Shown in pieces: positions 20,060 to 31,057 of a stretch of 64,000 nt of DNA. Within the stretch, counting starts at the first letter, position 1. Every line of letters starts with the position of its first letter. Below the pieces are notes generated by a model. That model was given only the letters and a program-made list of their open reading frames with translations. It did no database searches and was not told the origin of the DNA. The translations under genes were made by a program, and so were the position numbers. Origin of the DNA: Alphaproteobacteria bacterium (GTDB taxonomy: Bacteria > Pseudomonadota > Alphaproteobacteria > SP197); assembly GCA_964291265.2 (NCBI GenBank), contig OZ219747.1, forward strand, positions 3,392,001-3,456,000, in the 5' to 3' direction.

Positions 20060-20094
20060 TCCCGGGCGCTGTCTCAACGAGGCGGCGCCCGGGA
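20060..20094 (+). terminator. GC-rich hairpin after the protease gene
   Basis: tcccgggcgc...gcgcccggga 10-bp perfect stem, extended by G-U pairs; no U tract. Confidence 0.45.
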
Positions 20095-20117
20095 GGTTGC
20101 GTGCTTAAGCTCCGACC

Positions 20118-20139
20118 GCAAGACTTCTGCAAGACTGCG
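20118..20139 (+). promoter_or_regulatory. Candidate operator upstream of repeat protein
   Basis: gcaagacttct-gcaagactgcg, 11-bp period direct repeat. Confidence 0.5.
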
Positions 20140-20210
20140 GAACCCCGCGATCATGTTGCGTCCATCGCCGATGTGCTTGAATGGGGCACTTGAACACTAG
20201 GCTGGACGAC

Positions 20211-22289
20211 ATGCCTGACCGCAACTGGTGCATCGCACTTGTTCTGGGTGCTGCGGTGGCGGCGTTGCCAACCGTGGCAGCGTCCGAATCCGTCGGCAGT
20301 GGCCCCGAATTCGGCATCAACCGTGGCGCCCTGGCCTTCGACGGCGCGTGCAACGATCCCCGATTTGTCGTCAGGCAGGGACCGGATATAAGCGATCCTG
20401 CGCAGATCTTCGGCGACGCAGCGGATTGTCATGCCGCCTGGGAACGTGGTGAGATCGTCCTGCGGCAGACGGCGCACTACAGCGTAAGCGGCATGGCCGC
20501 GGTTTCCCGTCTCGACGACCTTGGCCAGCACTCCAACGGACCAGGCGACGCCCTCGGCGAGGACCAGGGTCCCTGGTCTTCGAATGGCGTGTGCAACGAC
20601 CCACGGTTCACAGCCGACCCGCGCTGGCCAGGCGCCGTCGAGCGGATTGACGATGCCGAAGGCAAGGACTCCACCGACTGCCTGCGGGCGAACCTGTTGC
20701 GCCAGGCGTGGCCGATTCGGCTTCGACTGACGGGCGGCGAGGGTCTCGTGTTCGGTGACGACAGCGGCGAGTGGGCCGGCGACGGCGAATGCGACGATCC
20801 CAGGTTCTTTGGAATCGCTGCTGCCAGCGACGCTGGCATATCCGACCTTCTGCGCGATGCTTCGGACTGTTACGACGCCTGGTCTGAAGGGCACGTCAAA
20901 CTGATCTCACCGGTTGTTGTCCTCGACCGGTTGCCGGCCGGATTCGACCTTGGCAACGACACCGGCGAATGGTCGTTCGATGGCGAATGCGATGATCCAC
21001 GGTTCGAAGGTGCCGGCACAGCTGGCGAGTTGCGAATCGAGCATCGGGCACGCGACGCAACCGATTGCGCCAGGGCTCTTCTGAACGAAGAGGTCGACCT
21101 CAAGGCCCCGAGACTTCAGGACGGAACGGAACTCTCCTTCGGAGACGACGGGAGCGATTGGGCCCATGATGGTGTGTGCAACGACCCACGCTTCGACGCC
21201 GACCCACGACAGGCGGACGCGGCTGCACGCGTGGGCAGTGCAGAGGAACATGACGCCAGCGATTGTCGGCGAGCCTTCCTCGAGCGCCGCGTGTGGCCGG
21301 TGTGGGGGCGCTCAGCGGACGACAAGGTCCTCGCGTTCGGCGACGACAGCGGCGAGTGGGCCGGCGACGGTGAGTGCGACGACCCCAGGTTTTTCGGAGT
21401 CGCTGCGGCCAGAAGCGCCAACGCGTCCAGTCTTCTGCGCGATGCGTCAGACTGTTACGAGGCCTGGTCGGAAGGGGGCATCACGCTGATCTCGCCGGTT
21501 GCCGTTCTCGACAGGCTGCGCGAAGTCGACCTTGGCAACGACACCAGCGAATGGGCGTTCGATGGCGAATGCGACGATCCAAGGTTCGAAGGCGTGGGCG
21601 TGGCGAACGAGTTGCGGATCGAACATCAGGCGCGCGATGCGACTGACTGCGCCAGGGCCCTGCTGAACGAAGAGGCCGGCCTCAAGGTCCCGAGACTTCA
21701 TGACGGAACGGAACTTTCCTTCGGAGACGACGGGGGTGGTTGGGCCCAAGATGGTGTGTGCAACGACCCACGCTTCGACGCCGATCCACGACAGGCGGGT
21801 GCGGTTGCACGCGTGGGCAATGCCGAAGAACATGACGCCAGCGATTGTCGGCGAGCCTTCCTCGAGCGCCGCGTGTGGCCGGTGTGGGGGCGCTCAGCGG
21901 ACAACAGGGAGCTCGCGTTCGGCGACGACAGCGGCCAATGGCCCCTCGACGGCGAGTGTGACGATCCCAGGTTCGTCGGAGCTGCCACCGCCGAGAGCGC
22001 CAGCGTGTCGGACCTCCTTCGTGACGCTTCGGACTGTTACGAGGCCTGGATCGCCGGGACAATCAAGCTCTTCTCGCTGGAAGATGCATCGGGCAAGATG
22101 CCGCCCGACTTCGACCTCGGCGACGACTCCGGGGAATGGGCGTTCGATGGCGAATGCGACGACCCACGGTTTCATGGTGATCACGTGGCGTCCGAGTTGC
22201 ATCCGGAGAATCGGGGACGCGACGCAACCGATTGCGGACGGGCCTTGCTGAATGGCGAGGCGGACATCACGATTCAAGCGTCGCAGTGA
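20211..22289 (+). CDS. Secreted Asp/Cys-rich repeat protein (10 x GDDSGEWxxDGECDDPRF...DAxDC)
   Basis: Signal peptide; ten copies of a two-Cys acidic motif; ~582-585 bp higher-order DNA repeat. Confidence 0.85.
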   Translation: MPDRNWCIALVLGAAVAALPTVAASESVGSGPEFGINRGALAFDGACNDPRFVVRQGPDISDPAQIFGDAADCHAAWERGEIVLRQTAHYSVSGMAAVSRLDDLGQHSNGPGDALGEDQGPWSSNGVCNDPRFTADPRWPGAVERIDDAEGKDSTDCLRANLLRQAWPIRLRLTGGEGLVFGDDSGEWAGDGECDDPRFFGIAAASDAGISDLLRDASDCYDAWSEGHVKLISPVVVLDRLPAGFDLGNDTGEWSFDGECDDPRFEGAGTAGELRIEHRARDATDCARALLNEEVDLKAPRLQDGTELSFGDDGSDWAHDGVCNDPRFDADPRQADAAARVGSAEEHDASDCRRAFLERRVWPVWGRSADDKVLAFGDDSGEWAGDGECDDPRFFGVAAARSANASSLLRDASDCYEAWSEGGITLISPVAVLDRLREVDLGNDTSEWAFDGECDDPRFEGVGVANELRIEHQARDATDCARALLNEEAGLKVPRLHDGTELSFGDDGGGWAQDGVCNDPRFDADPRQAGAVARVGNAEEHDASDCRRAFLERRVWPVWGRSADNRELAFGDDSGQWPLDGECDDPRFVGAATAESASVSDLLRDASDCYEAWIAGTIKLFSLEDASGKMPPDFDLGDDSGEWAFDGECDDPRFHGDHVASELHPENRGRDATDCGRALLNGEADITIQASQ

Positions 22290-22308
22290 CCACCGAGCGA
22301 GACATCGA

Positions 22309-23163
22309 ATGGGCAGCTACGAATACAAGGTTCTGATCGTCGATGACGAGGCTGATGTCCGCAACGGCTGGGCGGCGGGACTGTGTGAGTTGGGCGTGCG
22401 CAAGCAGGAGTTCATCGCCATCGGCGCAAAGACGGCCGGGGACGCTCTCGACCTCCTCGCGGAAGAGAGATCTCGTGGCGCGCCCTTCAACGTCGCCGTG
22501 CTCGACCTGAAGCTCGAGGGAAGCGGCGAGCCTTGGGAGAGCGACCCATGGGCTCTCGCAAGGCGGCTGAAGGAACTCTATCAGCCCTATCCCGATCTGG
22601 GGATCCTCGTGGTGACGGCCATCCACTGCGATCCGGCCGATTTCAAGGTTGCCAGCGACATCGCCGACGGAGGCTATCTCTCCAAGGCCGCCATCGACGC
22701 CGAGAACCTCGCCGAGGTCATCAGGACACGCTTTCCGCCTCGGGAAGCTCCCGTCTACCGGTTCTCTCCGGCGCACCGGGACAACCCGGAGCACGGCTTC
22801 ATCCTGGACACAGGCACCATGACCTTGCGGCGCCTTCCGGGCCGCGCAAGGGTGTCGACGCCGCGCGGCATGGGAGATCTCTGGTTTCTCGAGGTGTTCC
22901 TGCGCGAGGCCCTGGACGGGCCCCCGGAAACTCTCGTCGGCTACGACACCATCCATGCCTACAAGGACGGCCGCCGCCAGACGACCATCCCAATTCCCTG
23001 GCACCTCGGCACACAGCGGACCCAGGGAGAGGACAACAGCTGGATTCATCAACCCGTGTCCCGACTGCGCGCCCTGCTTGATCCGGTGGAAAGGAGCATT
23101 TTCGAGAACAGGCGCAATGAAGGTTACGTGGTCGCGGCGAAGATCACGAGGGACGACGCTTGA
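22309..23163 (+). CDS. Response regulator (REC + divergent winged-helix-like output)
   Basis: VLIVDDE, AVLDLKL (phospho-Asp), VVTA, YLSK; C-terminal VSRLRALL...RRNEGY resembles OmpR-type DNA-binding end. Confidence 0.8.
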   Translation: MGSYEYKVLIVDDEADVRNGWAAGLCELGVRKQEFIAIGAKTAGDALDLLAEERSRGAPFNVAVLDLKLEGSGEPWESDPWALARRLKELYQPYPDLGILVVTAIHCDPADFKVASDIADGGYLSKAAIDAENLAEVIRTRFPPREAPVYRFSPAHRDNPEHGFILDTGTMTLRRLPGRARVSTPRGMGDLWFLEVFLREALDGPPETLVGYDTIHAYKDGRRQTTIPIPWHLGTQRTQGEDNSWIHQPVSRLRALLDPVERSIFENRRNEGYVVAAKITRDDA

Positions 23164-24470
23164 TGGAGTGGCGCCTCTGGCCCAAGGTTGTCCAGGCCCT
23201 GTTGCTGCTTGCACTCCTGTTCGCTTCCGCCAGCGTCATCCTGCACCTTCTGCATGTCACCGTTCCGCCCGCATTGCCCTCGAATGCCCACGAGTTGTTC
23301 CAGTCAAGATGCCACCTGCCCGACAAAGCCAGGAAGCACTTCTCGGAGAGCCGGGAGTCCTACGCCGAAACCCGCGCCGACACCGAGTTGCGATGGTATC
23401 CAAGCGCCGGGTATCCGGGGTTCAAGGACATGCATGGTGTTGTTCTGGGGAGACCGGGCGTCCCGGAGGAGGGAGTGTCCGACGAGAACAAGGACGGTCC
23501 TTCGAACAACGCTTACGGCACCAGGGACGGGGTACGCATCTGGCCCGTCATGGAAGGGAGATTTCCCTTTCTCCGGGCGAGAGTGCCGGCGTCCAGGGTT
23601 GTCCACTGTGACGGGTCGAAGAGCGCATCACTGAAGGAGCCGTACATCCTCGTCGAAAGCAGGTGGGCATACGATGACTCGTTCGAATTGAAGGCGATCG
23701 TGACTCTTGTCCTCTTCCTGTTCAGCGTGATCGTGTTGGCCCTGATCATGTGGCATGTCGGTCGCCGCCGCCAGATGATGGATATCAGGCATGATCTCAG
23801 AAACATGCTGAACGGGCTGGTCGTCATGCTCGGCCAGCAGTTGCGGGAAGAGCATGGTTCAGAGACGGCCCGCACGGTCATGAGGACCGTCACGACCCGC
23901 GTCGACTACCTGATCCAGATGGTGGAACCGGGGCACTACAGGAGCGAGACCGAGATTCTGCATCTGCGTTCGCTGTTTCTCGATCTCGGCATGGGTGTCC
24001 CGACCGACGTCAAGGTCGACCTGGACTGTGCGGATTCCATCGACATCGAGTGCTGGGAGGAGTACTTCAGGCGGGCCATCGATAACGCCCTCGTCAACGC
24101 GGCCTCCGCGGCACGGGCAGCGTCCCGTCCCCTGGTGCGTATCCGCGTCGACACCACGGCGAGGACGGTGACGATTGTCATCGAGAACAACGGACAACGG
24201 GTCCCGGACCATGTGTTGCGGAGCTTCAGGCGCCGTCATTCATTGCGCGTGCGGGGAAGCAACGCGGGCCTGGGCCTCAACATCGTGCGGTCCGTGACAT
24301 GGCGCCATGGTGGCAGGGTCGCACTCGACAACCTCGCGCCAGAAGACGAGATCAGCGTGCGCCTGACGCTTCGCTTGCCGCGTCGTCAGGCCCATGCGTT
24401 GTCACGACTCCCCGGACGGTGGCGGCCTCCTGGCAGGCGCAGGAGCGCAGCGAGCGCCTCTTGTCCATGA
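23163..24470 (+). CDS. Membrane sensor histidine kinase
   Basis: Two TM segments around a periplasmic domain, H-box IRHDLRNML, N-box DNALVNA, G2 GLGLNIVR; TGATG overlap with RR. Confidence 0.82.
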   Translation: MEWRLWPKVVQALLLLALLFASASVILHLLHVTVPPALPSNAHELFQSRCHLPDKARKHFSESRESYAETRADTELRWYPSAGYPGFKDMHGVVLGRPGVPEEGVSDENKDGPSNNAYGTRDGVRIWPVMEGRFPFLRARVPASRVVHCDGSKSASLKEPYILVESRWAYDDSFELKAIVTLVLFLFSVIVLALIMWHVGRRRQMMDIRHDLRNMLNGLVVMLGQQLREEHGSETARTVMRTVTTRVDYLIQMVEPGHYRSETEILHLRSLFLDLGMGVPTDVKVDLDCADSIDIECWEEYFRRAIDNALVNAASAARAASRPLVRIRVDTTARTVTIVIENNGQRVPDHVLRSFRRRHSLRVRGSNAGLGLNIVRSVTWRHGGRVALDNLAPEDEISVRLTLRLPRRQAHALSRLPGRWRPPGRRRSAASASCP

Positions 24471-24484
24471 CAGGGGATTAAGCA

Positions 24485-25151
<667 letters not shown>

Positions 25152-25159
<8 letters not shown>

Positions 25160-26408
25160 AGCGCAGGGCATCGGCAGGTTCGATGCGCGCTGCCCGCCAG
25201 GCAGGGTAGAGAGAGGCAAGAAAGGCAAGACTGAGGGCCATCAGGGAGATGGTCACGACTTCAGGCCAATCAAGACGTGCGGGCAGACGGGACAGGAAAT
25301 AGACCTCCGCTGGAAACAGCTCGAGACCGATGAGCGTCTGGACCAGCTGGCGGATTTCCTCGATGTGGAGGCAGAACAGGACGCCGATGATGGTGCCGGC
25401 CAGAGTCCCGGCAATGCCGATGGCCGATCCCGTCAGAAGAAAGATGCGCATGACGCTGCCGCGTGTCGCGCCCATGGTGCGCATGATGGCGATGTCTCCG
25501 TTCTTGTCCTTCACGAGGAGAATGAGAGACGAGATGATGTTGAAGGCGGCGACGAGGATGATGAGCGTCAGGATGAGGAACATCACGTCGCGTTCCACCT
25601 GAAGGGCGCCATAGAGGTGGCGGTTGGTCTGTTGCCAGTCCACGACGACAACCCCCGGTGACGCGGCATCGGCCACGATGTGACGAACGTCCGCCGCCGT
25701 GGCCGCCGGTTCTTCCGGGTGGGCAACCATGACCTCGATCTCGGTCACTCGATCCCCGAGGCGGAAATAGGTCTGTGCCATCTCGAAGGGCACGAAGACA
25801 ACACCGGAATCGAATTCGTACATGCCGACCTCGAAGACGCCCACCACCGGCCATGAGACGGACCGCGGCATGGTGCCGAGGGCCGTGGGCAGACCACGCG
25901 GCGAGAGAAGCGTCATCGAGTCGCCGAGCCCGAGTCCGAGGCGGCGCATCAGTCGGGAACCGGCGATGATGCCGGACCTGTTCCGAGGAAGATCAATCGA
26001 GCCGGCGACCATGTTGTCGGCAATCAGTGGCTTGGCGGCAAGATCATCCGCCGTCAGTCCGCGAACGATCACACCGGCGTGGGCGCGGGGCGATGAGGCG
26101 AGAACCTGGCCTTCGACCACGGGCGCGGCAAGGGTGACATCGGGATGCGCCGCCACGTCCCTCACGAGATCGCCATAACCCGCAAGACCCCCGGCGGGCG
26201 CGGTGATGGTGACATGACCCTTGAATCCGAGGATCTGGCTGATGAGCTCATGGCGAAATCCGTTCATCACCGACATGACGATGATGAGCGCGCCGACCCC
26301 GAGACAGATGCCGACAAGCGAAAACCCGGCGGTGACCGAGATGAACCCTTCCTGGCGCCGGGATTTCAGATAGCGCAGGGCTACCGTCAGTTCGAATGCT
26401 CCGATCAC
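25152..26408 (-). CDS. lolE: Lipoprotein-releasing ABC permease LolC/E
   Basis: ALRYL...[26 protein letters not shown]. Confidence 0.93.
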
Positions 26409-27727
26409 GAGCGTGATTCGAGAATGCGGGGAACGACATCGTCCAGCGCCAGGTCCAGACGCTGGCCATCGGCCCGGTGCTTGAGTTCCGCCCTGGACGA
26501 TGCGGCTCCACGCGGCCCGATGATGATCTGCCAGGGAAGACCGATGAGATCCATGTCGGAGAACTTCACCCCTGCCCTTTCGTCGCGATCATCGTGCAGC
26601 ACCTCGAGACCAGCGACAGCGAGACGCTCTTCCAGAGTCGCCGCCATGGAATCGCAGCGCGGATCGCCGGCCTTGAGATTGACGATACCGGCGTCGAAGG
26701 GAGCCACACTGGCCGGCCAGATGATTCCGGAATGGTCATGGCAGGCCTCGATGATGGCGCCGGCAAGGCGCGAGACGCCGATGCCGTAGGAGCCGCCGTG
26801 CAACAGCCGCCGTTCACCATCGGGCATCGTGACGCTGGCCCCCATGGCTTCGGAATACTTGGTGCCGAAATAGAAGATATGACCGACCTCGATACCGCGT
26901 GCGACAAGCAGGTCCTCTCCCGAAACCGGTGTGGCTTCGGGGTCGTGCCTGTCGTCGCTCGCCGCATAGAGCGATGTCCATGCCCTGACAACAGGCTCGA
27001 GATCGCTGTCATGGTCGAGGCCGGAACAGGTGGCATCCAAGTCGAGCAGGCGCCTGTCGGCATGGACCCTGGTTTCGCCGGTGGCCGCGAGAATGACGAA
27101 CTCGTGCGAGAGGTCGCCCCCTATGGGGCCGGAGTCGGCCTGCAAGGGGATCGCCTTGAGGCCCATGCGCGCATAGGTCCTCAAGTAGGCAACGAACATG
27201 GCGTTGTAGGATCGTCGGGCCGATTCGAAATCGAGATCGAACGAATAGGCATCCTTCATCAGGAACTCGCGACCGCGCATGACCCCGAAGCGCGGTCGAA
27301 TCTCGTCCCGGAACTTCCACTGAATGTGATAGAGGTTTCGCGGCAGGTCGCGGTAACTCCGGATGTCGTCACGCACGATCTGGGTAATCTGTTCCTCGTT
27401 GGTCGGACCGTAGAGCATGTCGCGCCCATGGCGGTCGCGGGCGCGCAGCATCTCCGGTCCGTAGGCATCGTAACGCCCGCTTTCACGCCACAGGTCGGCC
27501 AGCTGCATGGTGGGCATGAGAACGGCGTGAGCGCCGGCTCTCTGCATCTCCTCGTGCACGATGGTTTCAATCCGCTTGAGGACCCGGAAGCCCAGTGGAA
27601 GCCAGGAGTAGATACCGGCGCCAGCCTGGCGGACCATGCCGGCACGCAGCATCAGCCGGTGCGAGGCGATCTGGGCCTCGGCGGGTGTTTCCTTGAGTGT
27701 GGGCAGGAAGTAGCGGGTCAGACGCAT
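26405..27727 (-). CDS. proS: Proline--tRNA ligase (short alphaproteobacterial type)
   Basis: [44 protein letters not shown]. Confidence 0.98.
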   Translation of the reverse strand: MRLTRYFLPTLKETPAEAQIASHRLMLRAGMVRQAGAGIYSWLPLGFRVLKRIETIVHEEMQRAGAHAVLMPTMQLADLWRESGRYDAYGPEMLRARDRHGRDMLYGPTNEEQITQIVRDDIRSYRDLPRNLYHIQWKFRDEIRPRFGVMRGREFLMKDAYSFDLDFESARRSYNAMFVAYLRTYARMGLKAIPLQADSGPIGGDLSHEFVILAATGETRVHADRRLLDLDATCSGLDHDSDLEPVVRAWTSLYAASDDRHDPEATPVSGEDLLVARGIEVGHIFYFGTKYSEAMGASVTMPDGERRLLHGGSYGIGVSRLAGAIIEACHDHSGIIWPASVAPFDAGIVNLKAGDPRCDSMAATLEERLAVAGLEVLHDDRDERAGVKFSDMDLIGLPWQIIIGPRGAASSRAELKHRADGQRLDLALDDVVPRILESRS

Positions 27728-27758
27728 GATTCAACCGAATCCGAAGAATGCGCTCACT

Positions 27759-28322
27759 CTAGCCATCCGAGTGCGCCTTGTCATGGCAGTCGAGCCACGG
27801 CGGACGCGCCTTGATGATCCTCTCCTGGACGGGGCAATCGTCGTTGTGGGCACCGGGAAGCCAGCCCGTCGACATCAGGAATTCCTCGACCACAAGGGGA
27901 CCGGTGAAGACGAATGTCTGCCTGAAGAGCCGGGTCCACGCGGCATGGCCGCGAGGATGGTGCGCCTCCAGCCATTCATGAAAGCCGCCATGGAGCGCCC
28001 GCAGGTCCACGAGGCGTTGCGCATTGGCGATGGCGGCCTCGATCTTGCGCCGGTTGCGAACGATGTCGCTGTCTCCCATCAGCCGGGCGATGTCCCCCTG
28101 CGTGTAGGCGGCGACGGTATCGATGTCGAAGCCATCGAAGGCCCGGACGAATGCCGCACGCTTCTTCAGGATGAGTCCCCATGACAGCCCGGCCTGGTTG
28201 ATCTCGAGCACCAGTCTCTCGAAGAGTTCCCTCTCTCCCCTGACCGGAAACCCGTATTCGCTGTCATGGTAGGAACGATGCACGGGATCACGGGGAGCAA
28301 GGGTGCAGTAGCTTTCGCTCAT
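27759..28322 (-). CDS. tag: DNA-3-methyladenine glycosylase I
   Basis: YHDSEYG, LFERLVLEINQAGLSW, IVRNRRKIEA, GAHNDDC. Confidence 0.93.
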   Translation of the reverse strand: MSESYCTLAPRDPVHRSYHDSEYGFPVRGERELFERLVLEINQAGLSWGLILKKRAAFVRAFDGFDIDTVAAYTQGDIARLMGDSDIVRNRRKIEAAIANAQRLVDLRALHGGFHEWLEAHHPRGHAAWTRLFRQTFVFTGPLVVEEFLMSTGWLPGAHNDDCPVQERIIKARPPWLDCHDKAHSDG

Positions 28323-28573
28323 GGCGGCAAGCCGATGAACCAGGCGCCGATGTTCGTCATGTCCGTCGCCTCGAGGAGAGCCGTGCCGCCAACCAGCAGG
28401 CATGTGATGGCTGTCGTCCACAGCGCCTTCTTCAACAGCATGGGTTCGGCGGGCGCCCCGGGATCGTGTCCTTCGGCCACCCGCCCCTGGCGCCTGACGC
28501 CCATGGGCAGGGCAGCAAAGAACACCACCCACCACACGCATGTGAAGACGACAATCAGCCCGAAGAGCGACAT
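28319..28573 (-). CDS. DUF1467 family small membrane protein
   Basis: WWVVFFAALPMGVR...GHDPGAP; usual neighbour of mce/proS. Confidence 0.85.
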   Translation of the reverse strand: MSLFGLIVVFTCVWWVVFFAALPMGVRRQGRVAEGHDPGAPAEPMLLKKALWTTAITCLLVGGTALLEATDMTNIGAWFIGLPP

Positions 28574-29001
28574 GGTTCACCTCCCCTCCCCGCCGTTCAT
28601 CCTCGAGGAGATTCAGGCGCAAGCGTTCGATCACGCCCAGACGGCCGATTCTCGCCGGTTCCGCACCTTCTGACAACATCCCGACAAGGGGCTGACAACA
28701 GACTCCGGTCCTGTTCATGGTCAAGGACATCGGAGGCCTTCGACGAAACACACGGGGCGGCACGGCCGATCTTCCTGCCATCGTCGATGGGCGTGCGAAC
28801 TGACAAGGACAAGTGCACGGTCGTCGCCTCGCCGCGATCCCTCGTCGACGCCTTCGTCCAGGCACCACGCTTCACCGGGGCCGTCTGCTTAGGCGTCAGG
28901 GTGGACCCGTGTCGGGGGCACGGGCAGAAGACACGACAAGCCCAGGAGAAGGAAGCGCATGCTTGGCCGGTGATCATCACCTCGTGACCGGATGCCTAGA
29001 C

Positions 29002-29406
29002 TCAGGTCTCCTCCAGCTCGATGAGAGTGCCGCAGAAGTCCTTGGGATGGAGGAACAGGACCGGCTTTCCATGGGCCCCGATCCGGGGTTCGCCGTTGCC
29101 GATGACACGCCCGCCCGCGGCGACGATGCGATCCCGGGCGGCGCGAATGTCATCGACCTCGTAGCACACATGATGCATGCCCCCTGCCGGATGGCGTTCC
29201 AGGAAGGCGGCTATCGGTGACCGGTCACCGAGAACGCCGAGAAGTTCTATCCTGGTGTTGGGAAGATCGACGAAAACCGTCGTCACGCCGTGGTCGGGCT
29301 GATCGACCGGTTCCGAAACCGTCGCCCGGAGTGTCACGCGATAGAGCGCACTCGCGGCGGCAAGATCCGGCACGGCGATCGCAACATGGTTCAGTCTGCC
29401 GATCAT
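29002..29406 (-). CDS. mce: Methylmalonyl-CoA epimerase
   Basis: LNHVAIAV, GGMHHVCYEV, IGAHGKPVLFLHPKD. Confidence 0.96.
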   Translation of the reverse strand: MIGRLNHVAIAVPDLAAASALYRVTLRATVSEPVDQPDHGVTTVFVDLPNTRIELLGVLGDRSPIAAFLERHPAGGMHHVCYEVDDIRAARDRIVAAGGRVIGNGEPRIGAHGKPVLFLHPKDFCGTLIELEET

Positions 29407-29413
29407 GTGGCCC

Positions 29414-31057
29414 TCAGATCCTCAAGATGGTGACCCGTGTCAGCGGACGGCGCACCCGGGTCCCGGCGAACCAGCGGCGGGAAACACGCCGCAGGGCCCG
29501 CGTGACGTCCTCATCCTTCATCCTGGCGCACGGACGAAGGCCCTCGAAGGCATCGGCCGCATCATCGGACATCGACAGGACGGCATCGGACTCCTCGGCC
29601 AGGCCGATGAGCGCCACGTGCGGGTCGGCGGCGAGGCATGCCTCCTCGTCATCGACGACCAACGTGATGATCACCACGCCGCATGCCATGGCGTCACGCC
29701 GTTCGCGGATCAGCGGATCATGGATCGGAACAGCACGCCGTCCGGTCCATGCGACGCGGCCGTGGGTCACCGTTCGAACGACCTCGGGGGCGCCGGGCGC
29801 CAGGCGCACCAGGGAGCCGTTCGCCACGCCCCTCACCGGTTCGACGCCAAGGGACTCCGCCAGGGCGGCATGCTCCCTGAGATGGCGGATCTCGCCATGA
29901 ACCGGAATGGCGTAGCGCGGCCGCACGAGGGCGTACATGCGCGCCAGTTCATCCCTGTTGGGATGGCCGGAGACATGGACAAACCGTTCACCCTCCGTGA
30001 CGGTCTCGATTCCGAGACCTGTCAGGCGGTTGATGAGATCGAAGATCGCCCTTTCGTTCCCCGGGATGATCTTCGAGGAAAAGATGACGTGATCGCCGGC
30101 CTCCAGGGTCACCGTCTGATGCTGGCCATCGGCGATCCGCGACAAGGCGGCATTCGGCTCTCCCTGACTGCCGGTCAGCATGTAGAGCACCCTGTCCGGA
30201 GCCAGGTGGCGCGCGTCCCTGTCGGACATGAAGTGCGTCTCGGACGGCAGGTATCCCGTTTGCCGGGCACACTTGATGATTCGCCACATGGACCGTCCCA
30301 GGGCGACGCACCGGCGCCCGTTGGCCTCGGCCGCCCGGTGGATGGAAAGCAGGCGGGCGAGATTGCTGGCGAAGGTGGTGACAGCGACACGGCCGTGCCG
30401 GCCGGCGACCTCGTCGATGAGACTGCGCCTCACATCGGCTTCCGACCCCGAGGTGCCGGAGCGAAACACGTTGGTGGAATCGCACACCATCGCCAGGATG
30501 CCGGCATCGCCGCTCTTCCTGATGGCCGCCTCGTCCACCGGATCCGAGATCAGCGGCTGCGGATCGAGTTTCCAGTCGCCGGTGTGCATGACACGGCCGG
30601 CCGGCGTGTCGATGACGAGGGCGCTGGGCTCGGGAATCGAGTGCGTGAGGCCATGCAGGGCGATGGAAAAGGGCCCCAGATCCAGCGTGCTTCCCGGATC
30701 GATGATGCGGATCTTCATGTCGTGGATGCCGTCCGCGCCTTCATGGAGCTTCTCGGCGAGCAGGGCAGCGGTAAAGGGCGTGGCGTAGACCGGACATTGA
30801 AGAAGGGGCCACAGATAGGGCACCGCCCCCATGTGATCCTCGTGGGCATGGGTGAGGACGAGACCGAGGAGACGCCGGCGGCGCTCGGCAATGTAGGAGA
30901 TGTCGGGCATCACGAGATCGATGCCGGGAAGCTCCTCACCGGCGAAGGTCACACCGAGATCGCACATCAACCACGAGCCGCCATACTCGTAGAGATTGAG
31001 ATTCATGCCGATTTCGCCGGAACCGCCCAGGGGCAGGAAATGCAGGGAATGGGTCAT
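29414..31057 (-). CDS. rnj: Ribonuclease J
   Basis: LGGSGEIGMN, THAHEDHMG, HVSGH, PVHGE. Confidence 0.96.
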   Translation of the reverse strand: MTHSLHFLPLGGSGEIGMNLNLYEYGGSWLMCDLGVTFAGEELPGIDLVMPDISYIAERRRRLLGLVLTHAHEDHMGAVPYLWPLLQCPVYATPFTAALLAEKLHEGADGIHDMKIRIIDPGSTLDLGPFSIALHGLTHSIPEPSALVIDTPAGRVMHTGDWKLDPQPLISDPVDEAAIRKSGDAGILAMVCDSTNVFRSGTSGSEADVRRSLIDEVAGRHGRVAVTTFASNLARLLSIHRAAEANGRRCVALGRSMWRIIKCARQTGYLPSETHFMSDRDARHLAPDRVLYMLTGSQGEPNAALSRIADGQHQTVTLEAGDHVIFSSKIIPGNERAIFDLINRLTGLGIETVTEGERFVHVSGHPNRDELARMYALVRPRYAIPVHGEIRHLREHAALAESLGVEPVRGVANGSLVRLAPGAPEVVRTVTHGRVAWTGRRAVPIHDPLIRERRDAMACGVVIITLVVDDEEACLAADPHVALIGLAEESDAVLSMSDDAADAFEGLRPCARMKDEDVTRALRRVSRRWFAGTRVRRPLTRVTILRI

